Below are positions 1 through 15,035 of a stretch of DNA of 64,000 bases, piece after piece. Location: the NCBI GenBank assembly GCA_012295275.1, contig CM022665.1, positions 31,806,001-31,870,000 of the forward strand, written 5' to 3'. Within the stretch, counting starts at the first letter, position 1, and each line of letters opens with the position of its first letter. Origin of the DNA: Chrysomallon squamiferum. Taxonomy: Eukaryota; Animalia; Mollusca. The position numbers and the translations under genes are program-made. The notes beneath the pieces were generated by a model that saw only the letters and a program-made list of their open reading frames with translations, was not told the origin of the DNA and made no database searches.

Positions 1-341
1 CTGAACTAAACTGAATTATGAAACAGCTTCTCAACTGATTCTGAACTGAAAAAACTCCTGAAAAATGTTGTATAAATTAAATCCAATTTTATTTTGAAAC
101 TTGTGTTGTGTTTCCATTTCCTCTAATGTAATGATATTTTCAAACTGCATTTGTCTTAGAATATGATACTGTATTGTATTGTATAATATTGTTATGTTAT
201 ATTTACACACTTAAGTACATTGCAATATATGGTAGACCTTTTCAATAACATTATCCATTTAGTACAGTTTTAATACATGTTAGTGTACTCACTAATGGGT
301 TATAACCTAGAACTTTTTAAACCTTTTAACCATATACTTAC

Positions 342-551
342 TAGTGGATCAGCCTCACTATCACTAGCGCTAGTCTGAGACTTTATCTTGGATGTTCCTG
401 CTGGGACAGGGCCACTCTGGGCATCATAGCCAACATCTTCCTGTCTAATTCTCAGCAGAGATCTGTCATCTTTAACACTTCCCATTGTCCATGGAAACTG
501 TTCAATAACCCAGTCTGTTGGGTCTTCCCATGGTGCTCGGCGACCATAAAC
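342..551 (-). CDS. NAV2: NAV exon, 210 nt, phase 0-0 ([21 protein letters not shown]...SEADPL)
   Basis: Acceptor ttttag|GTT; donor CTA|gtaagt; conserved [10 protein letters not shown] and [12 protein letters not shown] motifs. Confidence 0.95.
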
Positions 552-1519
552 CTAAAATATTGTAATTTGAATTTTAAACAGAATTTGTCCAAGTTTTGAA
601 TAACATTAATTTGGAATATGCATGTAAACAATATTTGGTACTGGTACTGAAACAGAAATGTTTATTTCACAGGTATCTTATTGTAATTCAGACAAATATA
701 CTTAATAAATTTATATATATATATAATGTAACTTTCAACCATTTCTGCTTTCAGAGAAGATATTTTTCATGTTCCAGCATTTAGTTTATATTCATCTCCT
801 TTTGGTAATTTTTATGTATAAATTAATACATAATTTAAAACATATAAGGATGTATGTTTGTTTTACTCATACTGAAAAATAAACTCACCTGTAGTCCTTC
901 CCTGACAGCCTCCAGCATGTAGGGAACCAGGGAGTAGTTCCAGAGATCTTTGAACCAAACTTGTGATCCAGAAATATCCATAGGGCAAGATAGGAAAAGT
1001 CTTGGACCTGAAAATATAGAATTTTATAACCTTAAAAGGGTCTTTGACATCATAATATGTACATTGATTTAGAAATGAAATAAAGCCTTTGAAATGATAA
1101 CATAGCTAATGAATCTCAGTGAATGATTCCTTTTATCTGTCTGATTAGCAACAAAATCAAAACTGTCAACACATATAAAACAGAAAAACTCAGTCACAAA
1201 CAGACAAGCCAAACAACTTCTCTATATAATAGACTAAGATAAATCCAAATATAATTATATATTAGAACAAACTTGGAAAATGTAATTTTCCTTTACAAAT
1301 AAAAGAAAAAAGGTCTCACCAATAGTGACATCAGAAGAGCTGTGTGTTTCCAGGAACTTGTTGATGTGAGACCAGACTTTGGGAATCCAGTCAATGATTT
1401 TGTTCAAGTCATTGTTTCTCATACCAGTTCGAACTTCTGCTTCAACCAATTTACGACGAAGATATCTGCCAAGAAATCCCTTCACTGGTTCCATGTGATT
1501 TGCACACAGCACCCATCTG

Positions 1520-1567
<48 letters not shown>

Positions 1568-2002
1568 CAACAACAACAAGAATAACTAACTGTAACAACA
1601 AGAATAATAACAAGTGTTTGACATATTCCTCATTATTTCACACACTGAGAAAGTTTTATATCAATAGTTTTGTTATAAAATTAGCTGCAACAATTTCTTC
1701 TTTTTTCCATGACAGTATTTCACTAATTCTAAATACAAAATAAAAGAGATTTTAAAAATATTGCATTTCATTTTTCTTTAGTATTATCATATAAAATTAA
1801 AGACAACTGTAATAGACCAGAGCTATACCTTCAGATTCTAATTCACTATTAATAACATTACTGATTCCTTTTTTAAAGCATAATAGCATATGGATATTTT
1901 ATTCTGATATTGTAGTGGTACTGTTTTCTTTTTATTTAAATAAAAATGTTTCAAATCAAAATTGTTTTATAAAACTGTTTTTTAAAAAAAACACCTATAT
2001 AG

Positions 2003-2082
<80 letters not shown>

Positions 2083-5000
2083 ATGTGTGTAAATGTGTTG
2101 AATGTTAACTATTATTCACCAATATTATATCTGCCTTAAGCATTAATTATTGCTCACCAATATTCCTTTAGCATTACCACTTACCTGAAATTATGATGCA
2201 GCTGGAGGTTTGTAGCAGCATTAGTGGCCTGGTTCATTGTTCCAATGATGTAAGGACATTTCTGATACTTGACACTGAGGAAGCCATTGAAGACTTCACC
2301 AAGAGACCCCACATGATGTAGATTATCAAGAATGATCACACTGGGCAGCTCATTGACATTGGTATTCTCACACTGCTCAGCAATGTTTGCCAGGTACTGA
2401 CGGAGATCTTTAGAAGACTTGTGATCCACATTGAACGTAGCCACTGAACCTGCTGTCAGCTCTCTGCCTGACCTGTAACAAAATTACAATGTTTAAAAAA
2501 AAAATAACAACAACAATTACTACTACTATTAATAATAGCAATAACAATAATAATAATATAGTAAAGATAAACTGTAATTACAGAACTTGAGTGACATTTT
2601 TTTAGAAGTAGATTTAACAGAACTTAAGGAGATTATGTTAAATATTTTATTAACAAATTCATGAAATATTTGAAAATTTTGAATAATTCATATTTGTTTT
2701 TATCTTTTAAATAATAATACTGCTGTTATATTGAAGATAAACTGTAAAATAATTTCAGAACATAAGGAAATATTTGAATATTTTATGAATTCGTTTGATT
2801 AAATCACGTGTTTGTGTGAATTAACTAAGCTTATTTTAAATTAGAAAAGAAGTTTACCTATTTTATGAACATTTAAATTGGTATAATAAAAAATCACTTT
2901 ACGTATCTGATATAACTACAGTGAAACTCCTCAAAACTATACAGCTGTAGGACCTAGATAAAAGTCTGGTTTTGAAGGGTTTCACTGTATATTTGGATGC
3001 AATCCCCAATTTTATATATATACTTACATATTTAACAAATTACTTGTAATAAAATTAGAAATTTTACATTGAATTGTCTAAAAAGATAATTTTAATATGT
3101 ACACACCTAAGGACAAGATGCTCAGCCAGTTTTTGTGCTAAATATGTCTTGCCAGTTCCACTAGGTCCACATAGGATAATGCGACGATGTTCCAGCAGCA
3201 GTGACACGTATCGCTGTATTATTGTCTTTGGAATCATTGACTCAAATGCCAATGAATCAACACTGGTTTGTTTGGTTCCTGAAAAACACAGAATTTAACA
3301 CAATTACAGAATGTGATGGTAAAATGCAATTTTGAAAATATGTTTTGAACTACCACTGGATTATTTGTTTACTAAAAAACCCCACCAAAACACAAGAATA
3401 TAACGTTTTATAATAGCTTTGTATATTAAAATATTTATATTTTTTTCAAAACTGTTTAGTTAACCAAATTGGCTCAATTTATTTTTGGAAATAGGGGATA
3501 ACACTGTTGGAGTTTTTTGTTTTAGCCATTTCATTCCTGATTCATTTTAAAACCAGTTCTCCTACATTAATGCAAATATCAAATAACTAATTACATGAAA
3601 ATTTATTTAAAATGATTATATCATTAAAAAAATATTTAACTTCTTGAACCACAGTAAATAGTAGAAAATAGTGGTTTATTTAAAAAAATTGTTTTCTATT
3701 ATATATTTATACAGAAAGAAAAATGTAAAAATGTATAGTGTACCTTTAAGACAAATGCTAATCTGAGTTGTTTCACCAACAAGATAACCAATAGGAAGCA
3801 ATTCTGGAACTTCAGATTCTGAAACAGAAAATACCAGTTTTAAACAAGAATGAAAAAACAGAGCCTCAGTAAATAATTTTTGTCCAAGTGGTTTCAATTT
3901 ATATTGCCCTTATATCAGAATTTTTAATTTTTTATTTTTTTAATTCATGCAGTTATGAAGTAATAAAATGCTCACCTTTTGTCTTAACAATTTCTCCAAT
4001 GTGATATGAATACACACTTTCTGCACTAAGACCCAAATTAGTCACAGGATCAACTCTTAAAACATATTCCTGAAATAAAAAAACATAAATTGATATATTT
4101 TCGAAGAACAATATCAATATCAGAAAATATAAAAGTTAATTAAAACCACAAAATTAACGTAAAGACTGAGTCAATAAATAAAGTAGTGATTTCAATTATT
4201 GAGTTATTTCCCTTCAACTGAAGCAAAATGTAGACATTTCTTTTTATGTTTAAAAATATTTATTTTATTAGTATCATTTCTGTATAATGATATATTTAAA
4301 TAAATAATTATTTGTTTGTATGGTCTAACATCTAGGAATAATCATCAAATCTTCTGCATTTCACGATACATTTAAACATTACTAGTTGATTAAATTATTA
4401 AACACTAGTATGCAGTAACAATAATAATAATAATAATAATAAAATTAATAATAATGATAATGATAATAATAAGAAGAAATGACAATGAAGATGGCAAGGG
4501 AGAGATTTCCATAAAAGAAATTTCTAAACAATTTTTTATTTTAAGAAAGTAAAATTACCTTGAATATTTTCCTGACAATGTTGTCAAGTATGTCCCATTT
4601 GGTTTTCCCACTCACTGAGAGAGACCCAATCAGTACTTCAGCCGGTTTCTAAAAAACACAAAAATAATATTTACAAACACAATCTCTAGTATTTCTTTAT
4701 AACATGTATACATATGATTATGAAATGATGTGTATATACTTATACATATATACACATGCACAGTCACACACAAATACACATTTAAAAAAAAAAAAAAAGT
4801 AACATGTATATTTAATTTTTATTTTTATAAAAGATTTACATACCTCCAAACCAGGCCTCCGAGGGTCAGGATTAGAACCAAGATACACTGTTATTGTAAC
4901 TCTCTTTCCTTCTCTTTCATTGGCTGCTGTCTCAGCCAATAGCATGTCTGAAAGAAAGTTTAAATTTTGATAATTAATAACAACAACAACAAATTAATTA

Positions 5001-5627
5001 ACATTTAACATGAAAGTATTATCATAATAAATATTTAAAGAGTAAACAAGTGCAAACAATAAAAAAGAGTAGCTGTTTTCTTTTGATCTGAAACTGAAGG
5101 ATGAATGGGTCAAACAATTAAATCTTTCATTGTGGTTGTTTCCTTTTCCAGCCAGTGATTGGTTTATCATTAATATTTAAAATGTATAAATGTTAATGCT
5201 TGATAATTATGAGTTGCTCATGGAATGGTAGAAGTATCTTTTATGTCTCACATAATCATTAAACAAAAGATATAATAATATTACAGTCTATTAATGTTAG
5301 AATCTACTGAGATTTCATTAAACAAATTATTATTACAATAAATTTATGTATTTAAGAAGAAGACTAATTAAAGTACATATTTACCAAGGCTGTTTTGGTC
5401 AGTAAGACTGAGTGACCGTTCAAGTGAATCATTGCTGGCTCGAGTGTGTGAGTGGGTCAGTGAAGACTGTGATATATTTAGTGACCGGGAAGGAGTTGGG
5501 GACATCAGTTTTTGCAACCGCTCATTGTCAGCTTTTAAGGCACACATTTCATTCTGAAAATTTAAATTAAAAATTTAATTATCTTCATTTATTTAAAAAT
5601 ATTTTGTATTTTATTTTAAATTTATAG

Positions 5628-5678
<51 letters not shown>

Positions 5679-8248
5679 CAAAACAAAACAAAAATAAACA
5701 AAGAAAAAACCACAAACAATTTAAGCAATATGTTAAAAATATATATCATTATCTGCCTGTCTCTTTCACTCCCTCTTGCCAGTCTTTATCCTTTTCTTTC
5801 TCTCTCTCCATTCTTCCCTAAATATCATCATTCATTTTTCTTTATCTCTTTCTTTCTCTTATACACATGAAAAAACAAAACACCATCCAGATTATTATAA
5901 ATAGTTCAGTTATTAATAAAAATGAATTTCTATCAAATTTACCTTCATTTTATTCATTGTCTCTCTGAGTTGTTCAAGCTGATGGGCTGAGGACAAGGCC
6001 TCCAGTCTAATGTCAGTCAGCTTCATGTCTTTGTCTCTCAGTTGCTTCTTCAGATCCATCACAGACACTTCCTCCCCATCACACAACCTGAAACATAACA
6101 TTTACAATCTGAAATATAGCTTATTAAAGTAAATAACATGTTCCACTTCCTTTCATGTTATTTGAAACATGACATTTATAGTTTGAAATGCACCTTATTA
6201 AAGTAAATATCATAAATCACAATATTAATATTACAGTCTGAAACATAGTTGTTTGAAGCAAATAATATTACATACTCTGACATCCTACAGGTAGTGTGAA
6301 ATGAAGTATTACTAATTATTACAGTTGAAACATAACTTTTACAGTCTGAAATACAGCTGATTAAAAGAAATTAACAGACTGCTATCCTTCATGTTATATT
6401 TTATGTCATGAACATATACACATGTAACATCCATATCACAAAATATGAAAAAGATTTTAAAATTATATTCTTCTAATTTAGATAGAATATCTTATCACAG
6501 TTTCAAATTAAGCTGGTTGAGCAATCCTTATAACTATGAAGTAAAATAAAAACTGGGCAATTGCTGAACAGATAAAGAGATAAAATATATAAACATGGTC
6601 TACAATACAAACACTCCATATTGTACAATAAAGGAACAATAATTCCATAACTATCAGTTACGAAAAATTATAAATGGTTTTAATGTTTTAATTTGCTATA
6701 AACATAATCTATAAAAATGTATTTTAAGTTGTGGTCTCATGTGAATTTTTTTTTCTGTAATGGAAATTTATTCAAACATTTCCCATAACACAGCATACAG
6801 ATACTTATTTTATATAACACACTGAAACATAACACTCTGTATATATCAGTAAATAATACACTCTGTTTTTTATAGCAGATATTTCTTATGTAACATAACC
6901 AATATGGCTAGTATCATTTTCATAGATTACTCTGCAGATACTGAAACCAAAAGAGCTTAGTGAAAACATTAAGTATTTGAGTTTGATAGATTTTGGCATT
7001 TGGGGAAAGAAACTATTTTTAAAAACATTAATAACATTTGAAATAAACAGACGATTATGAGGGAAGAAAATGTTTTGGGTTTTGGGTGGGGGTTTTTTGT
7101 GGTTTTTAAAAAACATATCATTATACATGAAACCTGCATCTTCAGCTGTCATGAACCAGAGAAAAATATCTATGAAATTATCTAGAGTTATAAAAAATCT
7201 GTCTTGACAAGTTTATGCTGCATGTACTATAAATCTGATAAATTTAACATGATGATGCCTTCAAGCAGAACACATCAGATAGGATGTAATTAACTTGATA
7301 TCTGCACCTGCCAAAGTGGCATAATTTTGCCAAACATTTAAAAAAATATTGTGTACTTATAACAGCATAGGAAGGAAAGAGGAAGGAAAAGATAGGGGAA
7401 GCTGATGACTGTGATGACTGTGATGACGATGATGACGATGATGATGATGATGATGATAATGTACATTTTAACTCCAAAACTATCAGAATCTCAGAAAAAA
7501 TATCAATTCATTCAATGATTTGATTAACTGATACTGACATCTATTAAGTTATTTGCAAATCATTTGATAGTGGTGTAGAATTATCCACTGATTCACTCAC
7601 ACATTTATTTATTCTATGACTCACAGATATCTACTGGCTCAGTGTCAAATGATTCATCAAAGTACTCAATACTTACTAAAACATTTTTCAGAAATCAAAA
7701 CAAGAAAACAATTTTGAACACTAACACAGCTGGAAAGTGTAATGGTTGCATTATAATGAGAACATTTTTAAAAAAAAAGAATAAAAGAAGGATGAAGAAA
7801 AAGAAAACTTGTAAAACAGTATCAACATAAATGAAGAATTCCCATGCGAGTGAAACCAATAAAACATTTTTTGTCTTCCTATATGGCAACATGAACATCC
7901 ATGTTTCAAGTATAAAACCTTTGATGGCATGGATAAACAAGAATTTATCTTATCTCTCGAGAGAAACTGTTTTGGATTAATAGTCCTGTACACAGAGCAA
8001 ATTAAGGCAACTTACGCTCCTGAACTGTGGGAACTTTTTATCAGTCCTGGTCCATTGGGGATGTGTGCCATTAGCAGGGGTGAGTTTGGTGCTGAGCGAA
8101 GACTTGCAATTTCAGGCTCCACATCAGATAAAGACCCATGTTTGTTCTTCTTCCTCGCAAATGCCTTGCTGAATGAGCTTCTTAACTGTGGTAGTAATAA
8201 CAATAATAATGATGATGATGATGATGATAATAATAATAATACTACTAG

Positions 8249-8315
<67 letters not shown>

Positions 8316-10579
8316 CATGATTAGAATTATTTTAAAAATATAATTCACAAGCAGCTATATACTAACCCAGCCCTTCTTCTTATCTTTTCTGTTTTTCCCA
8401 TTCTTGCCTGCTTCTCCATCAGTAGCAGCAGACTGCTGGCTAGCCACACTGCATGCACTGGACAAACTGTTTATACTGGACATACTGTCTGATGATATCT
8501 GACGCATAATGGTGCTACTGCTCCCTGGTAAACAGAAATAAAAAAATTAACAAATAATAAAAACACAATCATTAATTACTAAATAAAATTTATCAGAGAG
8601 ATAATGAATATATAATTAATTATAACAAATGAATTTAAAAAAAAAAACAAAAAAAAAAAACACCTTTAATTTTTAGTAAATATAATACCAGTTTCAGCTA
8701 AAATGACAAAAGACTTAATGATTCTTTTGTAATTTTCGGAGAATACCATAAAAAATTATTAAGTAAAATAACTGTGATAACTTTTCTGCATCATTTATCT
8801 TTCTTGTTCATATTCACAGACATGGTAGACATACCTGGAGAAGTGTGGCGACGGCCAGTGTTTGGACTAAGAGCATCATTTGGTAAACCAATGTTTATAC
8901 CACTCTGTAGTTTCAGTGCTTCAATTGTTGACCTCAGATTTGATAACTCATTGTCCTATAATAAAGATAAAATAAAAATACATTTCTAATTTTATTTATT
9001 ATTATTAGTATATTATTGCTAATATTATTATTGTTATTTTTATTTTTATTATTGTTATTATTATTATTATAAAAAAAATTTAAAAGTATCTTTATTGTCC
9101 AGAGAAATTCAATAAACACAGTGATTTGACAGAGCTCCTTAAAATTAAGGAACATTATTATAGCAGTGCATGACATTTTTTGGTCTTTTTATCACATAAA
9201 ATAATTAATGCTTGAGATTATGAACATGAAAAACAATTATACTTAGGTAGTATCTGCCATTTATAACATTTTTCATCTCTAGGTATGTCAAATGTATATT
9301 CATATTTACACAAACACACTCTCTGAATGTTATCTTTCAGAACACATATGACAGCTAACCATGAATATATCAATAGCAGAAAATGACCACTGGCTGAATT
9401 TCATTACTGACCATTTTTGATTGCTGGCCTTATCTGATTACCCAGGGAGAATCAGTGTTATGTTACAATTAATATGTTCTTGATGATGGCTCTAAGACAG
9501 TTAGTATGTATAAAAAAAAAAGAAAAAAAGGAAACACCTCAAAGCATAAAAGTGATTTGATACAAACATCAATAACACTGATAAAATTAAGTATACGGAT
9601 GAACAAAAAATAATTTGATATTGGAATATGTGTAATGCATTTGCTGATAAAAAATTTGTTTAAATTTGTTTAGTGTAATGATGAAGAATACTAATAAAAA
9701 TAAAAAAATACAGAAATTGGTAAATTTGATACAATAAAGTAAAATGGCATAAAAAAAATAAATAAATAAAAAGTTGTTGGTAGAAATATAAGATGAATGT
9801 ATTTGTGGATATGAAGATAAATGTTTCTGAGAATATGAGAAAATATAACAAATTATCACTGTCACTTCAGTAAGCTTTAAAAAAAAAAAAAAAAAAAAAA
9901 AAATAGAAAAAAGAAAAGAAATAGAAGCCTAATGAAATAACTGGGATTAGTTTTTAACTTGAAAATAAGAAAGCAAAACCTCTCAAAATCCTGAAAAAAC
10001 AAATATAAGAACAACCAAAATCAAAACAAGTCAACAAGAACAACAAAAACCATGTAAATATCATTTCCCATCAGCTTAATATATGTATATGTTTCTTGAT
10101 TACAAATAAAAAATATTTTCTCAGTGTTCTTTACTTGTATTAAAATTATTATTTGGTAAGATTCTGTTTTGCCAACAAGAATAAATTAGTTTATCTAAAA
10201 TTTTTACTGAATTCTTCTGATGATTCTACTGAAATTAATTTTAAAAACTGTTTTAATGCAAGTGCCAATTAAGAATTAAAATAAGATATGAATTAAAAAT
10301 TAATATTTAATAAAACATTAAAAGTTTATCTTACCTTTGTAAATTTAACATCTATCATACAAATATCACCATTAACTTAATCAATAGCATATTAATACTA
10401 CTTTAAACCAGTCAGTTTTTTGACCAATTTTGAAAAATGATAAGATTTGCATAATAAATAAAAGTATGTAGCCATGTATTATGAAAAATAATAATAAAAA
10501 TAGTAGTAGTATTAGTAGTAAATAAATAAATAAATAAACAAATAAACAAAGCGTCTTTAAACATTTGTCATCAGAAAAA

Positions 10580-10610
<31 letters not shown>

Positions 10611-13600
10611 CTGGAAATATTAACTTTTGAATCACAAAGAAATCACAGTTGAAATTTCTTTGAAAAATGTTTTGAAGACATTTCTAAATGCACTTCACTG
10701 GAAGAGATAGTCCAAACAGTCTACTGAACAAAAGAAAGCACACTGAAATCTGACTGCTATAGAACTCTGACAGTTCCTTGTAATACTTAACTTCATCAGT
10801 ACAACTTGAATTTACATCTCTCATCATAGATAAGTCTGCATATTCACATCATTAATCTTCATTATTAATCCATTAATTCACAATTAATCCTTTGAGAAAC
10901 AAATTTGGTCATACATTTTCCAGCTACAACCTTTATCCATGATTATCTATCATGAAGTCATAAATACCATTTGAAAAAAACAATATGATCAGTTCACAGT
11001 ATTAACAGATAATGCAAAGCCAGTATGGTCAATTTTTAAAACGTTGGTTCCATAATGCAATAACACTTAAAAAAAATGAAACAAAACCTAAAAATTAATG
11101 TCTGAATGATCTCTACTGAAGATATGGTATGAAGATTCTTAAAAAAATTAGTTTACATTTTTTAAAATTCTTTTTAAAAAAAAAAGAAGAAAAGAAAAGG
11201 AATATATTCCATAAAAGTTTTCCTTCATGTCTGAACATATTTCTATTTAAAAAAAAAATAAAGAGTCCTAATTCAGCAGACAAGAGTTCACACAATAATA
11301 TAGTGGAAAATGAAAACCAAACCAAGACAGACTTATCTCCCAACCTCTTTAAATCACTGTATGTGATACAACTCTTAAAAATAAATATATTAAAAAAAAA
11401 AGAAAAAAAAAGGAAAAAAAAATAATATAGAGAAAAGATATATGTGACCACCCAAGGTTAACATTTTATTAATTGTGTATTTTTAAATCTGCCAAAACAG
11501 TTTACAGACAAACTTAAGTGTGTAAATCCTAGTACAAGTAGTTATCTATTTTTTAGATAGTGCTGGACATTATCAGCAAACACCAGCAAGGATTTGAACA
11601 GAAGTGTCTTTTAACACTTGGCAATAAGTATCAATAACTTGGAATGTCTAATATCATTAAAAAGCACTGCACTGAATTACAACACACTCGTTTAATTAGA
11701 AGAAGAATTCATTTTATTTGACTAATAAGAACTGAAGATCATAGTTGTTAAAACTTAAGACAAGAATATTTTTAAAAAAATAAAAAATTCCTAACACATT
11801 TAATAAATAAAACCCTAAATATTATGAAGTAATCAAAACTGAAAATCAAGGCAGTTTTAATTAATACATGAGGATTTTATTTTTTATTTTATTATTTTGA
11901 CTTTTTTAACAGTTTATACATATAAAAAATATATAAAACAGAAACACATTCAGTTAATCAAAAACACAAATACTATGATTTATGAAGTAATAAAAACTGA
12001 AGATTAAGACAGTTTCAACTAAGACAAAATAATATGTATATATTTTTAAATCATTTAAACACATAACAATATTTAAAAAAATATATATTATAATAATAAT
12101 AGTAATCAATAAATAATAAATAAAAAAAATATAAAGTAATAAGCAGTGAAGATCAAGGAGGTCTTAACTGATGCTAAACAACTTTTGTTAACAGTTTAAA
12201 ATAAAATAAAAAATTATTAATCAGAACTAAATAAATAATTGCAGATGAACGAATGATCTTTTTTTTGTGAGAAAAAGATTAATTTTGATAAATACTTAAA
12301 AAACAAAAACAACAACAACAAAAAACAATCTTACATAAACAGAATAAATCTGTAGCTACAAAATTCATAACAACAGAATTACCTACATACTCATTCTTAA
12401 ATGAAAAAAAAAAAAGATTAGATGTAATTTCTTGCAACTGGATTTATTGTCCATAATAATATATATATTTTTTTTAATTTCCTGACTGATTTATTTATGT
12501 CATAGTTCTTTTGATAGTTAGTTACTAGCAAAAATGGTCATTACTAAAACTAGTAACATTATTGTGGCAGTAGTGATGGTGATTCCTCTGTTTACACTTA
12601 TTTAGTAGTTGTTATACCACCAGTACAATTTTATACATTCACAGTGACTGCAAGAATAAGCACCATAACATTCTCTACATTCTTTTTTCAATCAAACTCA
12701 CACAACAGAATCCAGTTTGTTTATTCTAAAACATTATGCTAACTTGTTACTTTGGCCTTTGTCTTATACCATACCAGATCACAAATTTGATCATTGTGGC
12801 ATACAGCTGTAGTGCATAATAGATGGCAGAGAGGTGAGATTCAGAATGATACTGAAGATCAGGAAAACATTTCCATGAAGGTAGAATTGATTATGGTAAT
12901 TCTTACAAGCAGATGTATAAAGAGGAACAGTCAATTCACTCTGGCAACCTAGTGACCTAAACAAAGGTCTATAGATATACAAGGATTGTGGTTTTGTGGA
13001 AAATGTATTACATATGCTGAAGGTGAATGTGATATTGTAAGATATGAAGAAAACAAAAAGACATGATGATCTGCAGAAAGTTTAGGGAAAAGATATAAAT
13101 TATTATTTTATCAGAGTAAAATGTTTTCATTTGAAGTTGTTTATTTTTACAAATTTACAAAATTAAAAATTTTGTGAAAAGTTTTTTATTTTAAATAAAT
13201 AAATTAAAAAAAAATAAATAAAAAAATAAAATAAACAAAATAGTATTTTCATTAGCTTCCTGTTTCAGAATGTAAAATAAAACTATCAAAAATATTTTAA
13301 AACTATGCATAGTTAATATTTATGCTAAGGTTTTTGTTGTAATTTAAAATACCATGAGACTATGTTACTATAGACATTTTAATAAGATGCATTAAAATTA
13401 ATGGCATGATGTTCAAATATTGTAACAGGAAATAAAACATTAAGCTTAACATTGAAATCCATGGATTTTCCACACACTACAGCTGTGCATTTGTGCATAT
13501 CAGAATTTTAGTTTTATTTATCTATTTTTTTTTTTTATTATTATTATAATTATTATTTATGTTTTGCTTAACTATCTGAAGATCAAATTTATGTTTAATT

Positions 13601-14989
13601 TTGCATTATTTAACAGTCACATCTGAACAAACATAAGGATAAGGGGGGGAGGCTAAAATAACTAATAAAACGTCAAAAAACAAAATAATAATTCTTGGTT
13701 CAACTCATGAAATTTTAGAATGTATAGTTAAAAAAACAACTAGGATAGAGTTTTTACCATACAAAATTATATGTGATGAACTCAGGTACAGCAATTTAAG
13801 ATTTAAGTAACAAAGGTCAAAAAATGAAAGTAACAGTCATATCATTTCTATTGTACAAACAAATTCAGTTGAACTCGAATTAACAAATGAAGTATTTAAA
13901 AACTGGGATATGTACATTTTATATATTTTTAAGGTTTATCATATATTATTTTACATTAGAGATTTGCATATCTCTATATATTGTAACAAACATGAAAAAG
14001 ATTAAAACTGAAATTTAAAGATATTATGTGATTCTATGATTTAAAAAAATATATATTGAAATGAATCTGTACAGTACAAACAGGCCTAAATATATTTTCT
14101 GTACTTACAAGTTACCATTTTATTTGTATAAATATAGCACCCAAATATTTGTGAGGTTGTACAGAGTCCAATTATTCATGAAGTTATTTCAGAAAGTGAA
14201 ACATGAAACAAATGCTCCAAATCCTGGAAGTTTTAGACATTTCTCTGAACAAAATAACATTATGGGTAAAATCGAAAAAAGTCCATTTTCTTTATTTTTC
14301 AAAACATGTACTTTTATTTTTGTACTTTATTGTTAGGAAAAATTGGTCACAGGCAAAAGGATTAATTCAGTAAGTTGTTAAAATGTATGTGAAATGTATT
14401 AAGGCTATAACCAGCAGTTTGTTAAAATTTATATAAATTATATTAAGGCTATCTGTTCATCTTCCCAGAGGAACACATTATTACGACAATTTGTGAAAGG
14501 ATCTTACCTTTTGTTCAGCATTGGCTGTGAGTCCTTGAAGTCGTGTTGTCATGTTAGACAGGCTTTGCTCAAACGCTGCCACCACATGAGCCTGGAAATA
14601 CAAATAAAAACAAAACATTAGAAAAACAATTGCCATATAAAAATAACATATTATATCACAAGAAATTAAAAACCATTGAAAATAATTGCTGCACAGAAAT
14701 TATTCATTATATCAGAAGAGTTTAGAATCTTGTTTGAATATATCATGAAATAAGACATTATCAGCAGAGAATGTTCCTCAGATACGATAGTACTGCCTTA
14801 ATAAGATACAAAAAGACAGCCTCAAATATCAAAATATTTTCATTATTCATAATGAATATGTTAACATTATCAAGTGTTTCTGACAACCATGGTTGAATGT
14901 TTTAACTCCTAGACAATGAAAATAATTTCAGTCACAGTTTTCAAGGTTTTCCTACCTTTAAGCTATTCCAGATATACTTTTCAACACAC

Positions 14990-15035
<46 letters not shown>

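Noticed and set aside
300-341. Apparent C-terminus VSIWLKGLKSSRL-stop of ORF 300..485
   Set aside because: Read-through into the intron past a perfect gtaagt donor; NAV proteins continue after DPL, so the last exon is most likely outside the window.
2310-2340. Walker B reading IILDN instead of hhhhDE
   Set aside because: This variant is typical of neuron navigator proteins, not a novelty of this locus.
13864-13890. Possible Tigger-like terminal repeat (cagttgaactcgaattaac)
   Set aside because: No matching opposite end or TA duplication found.
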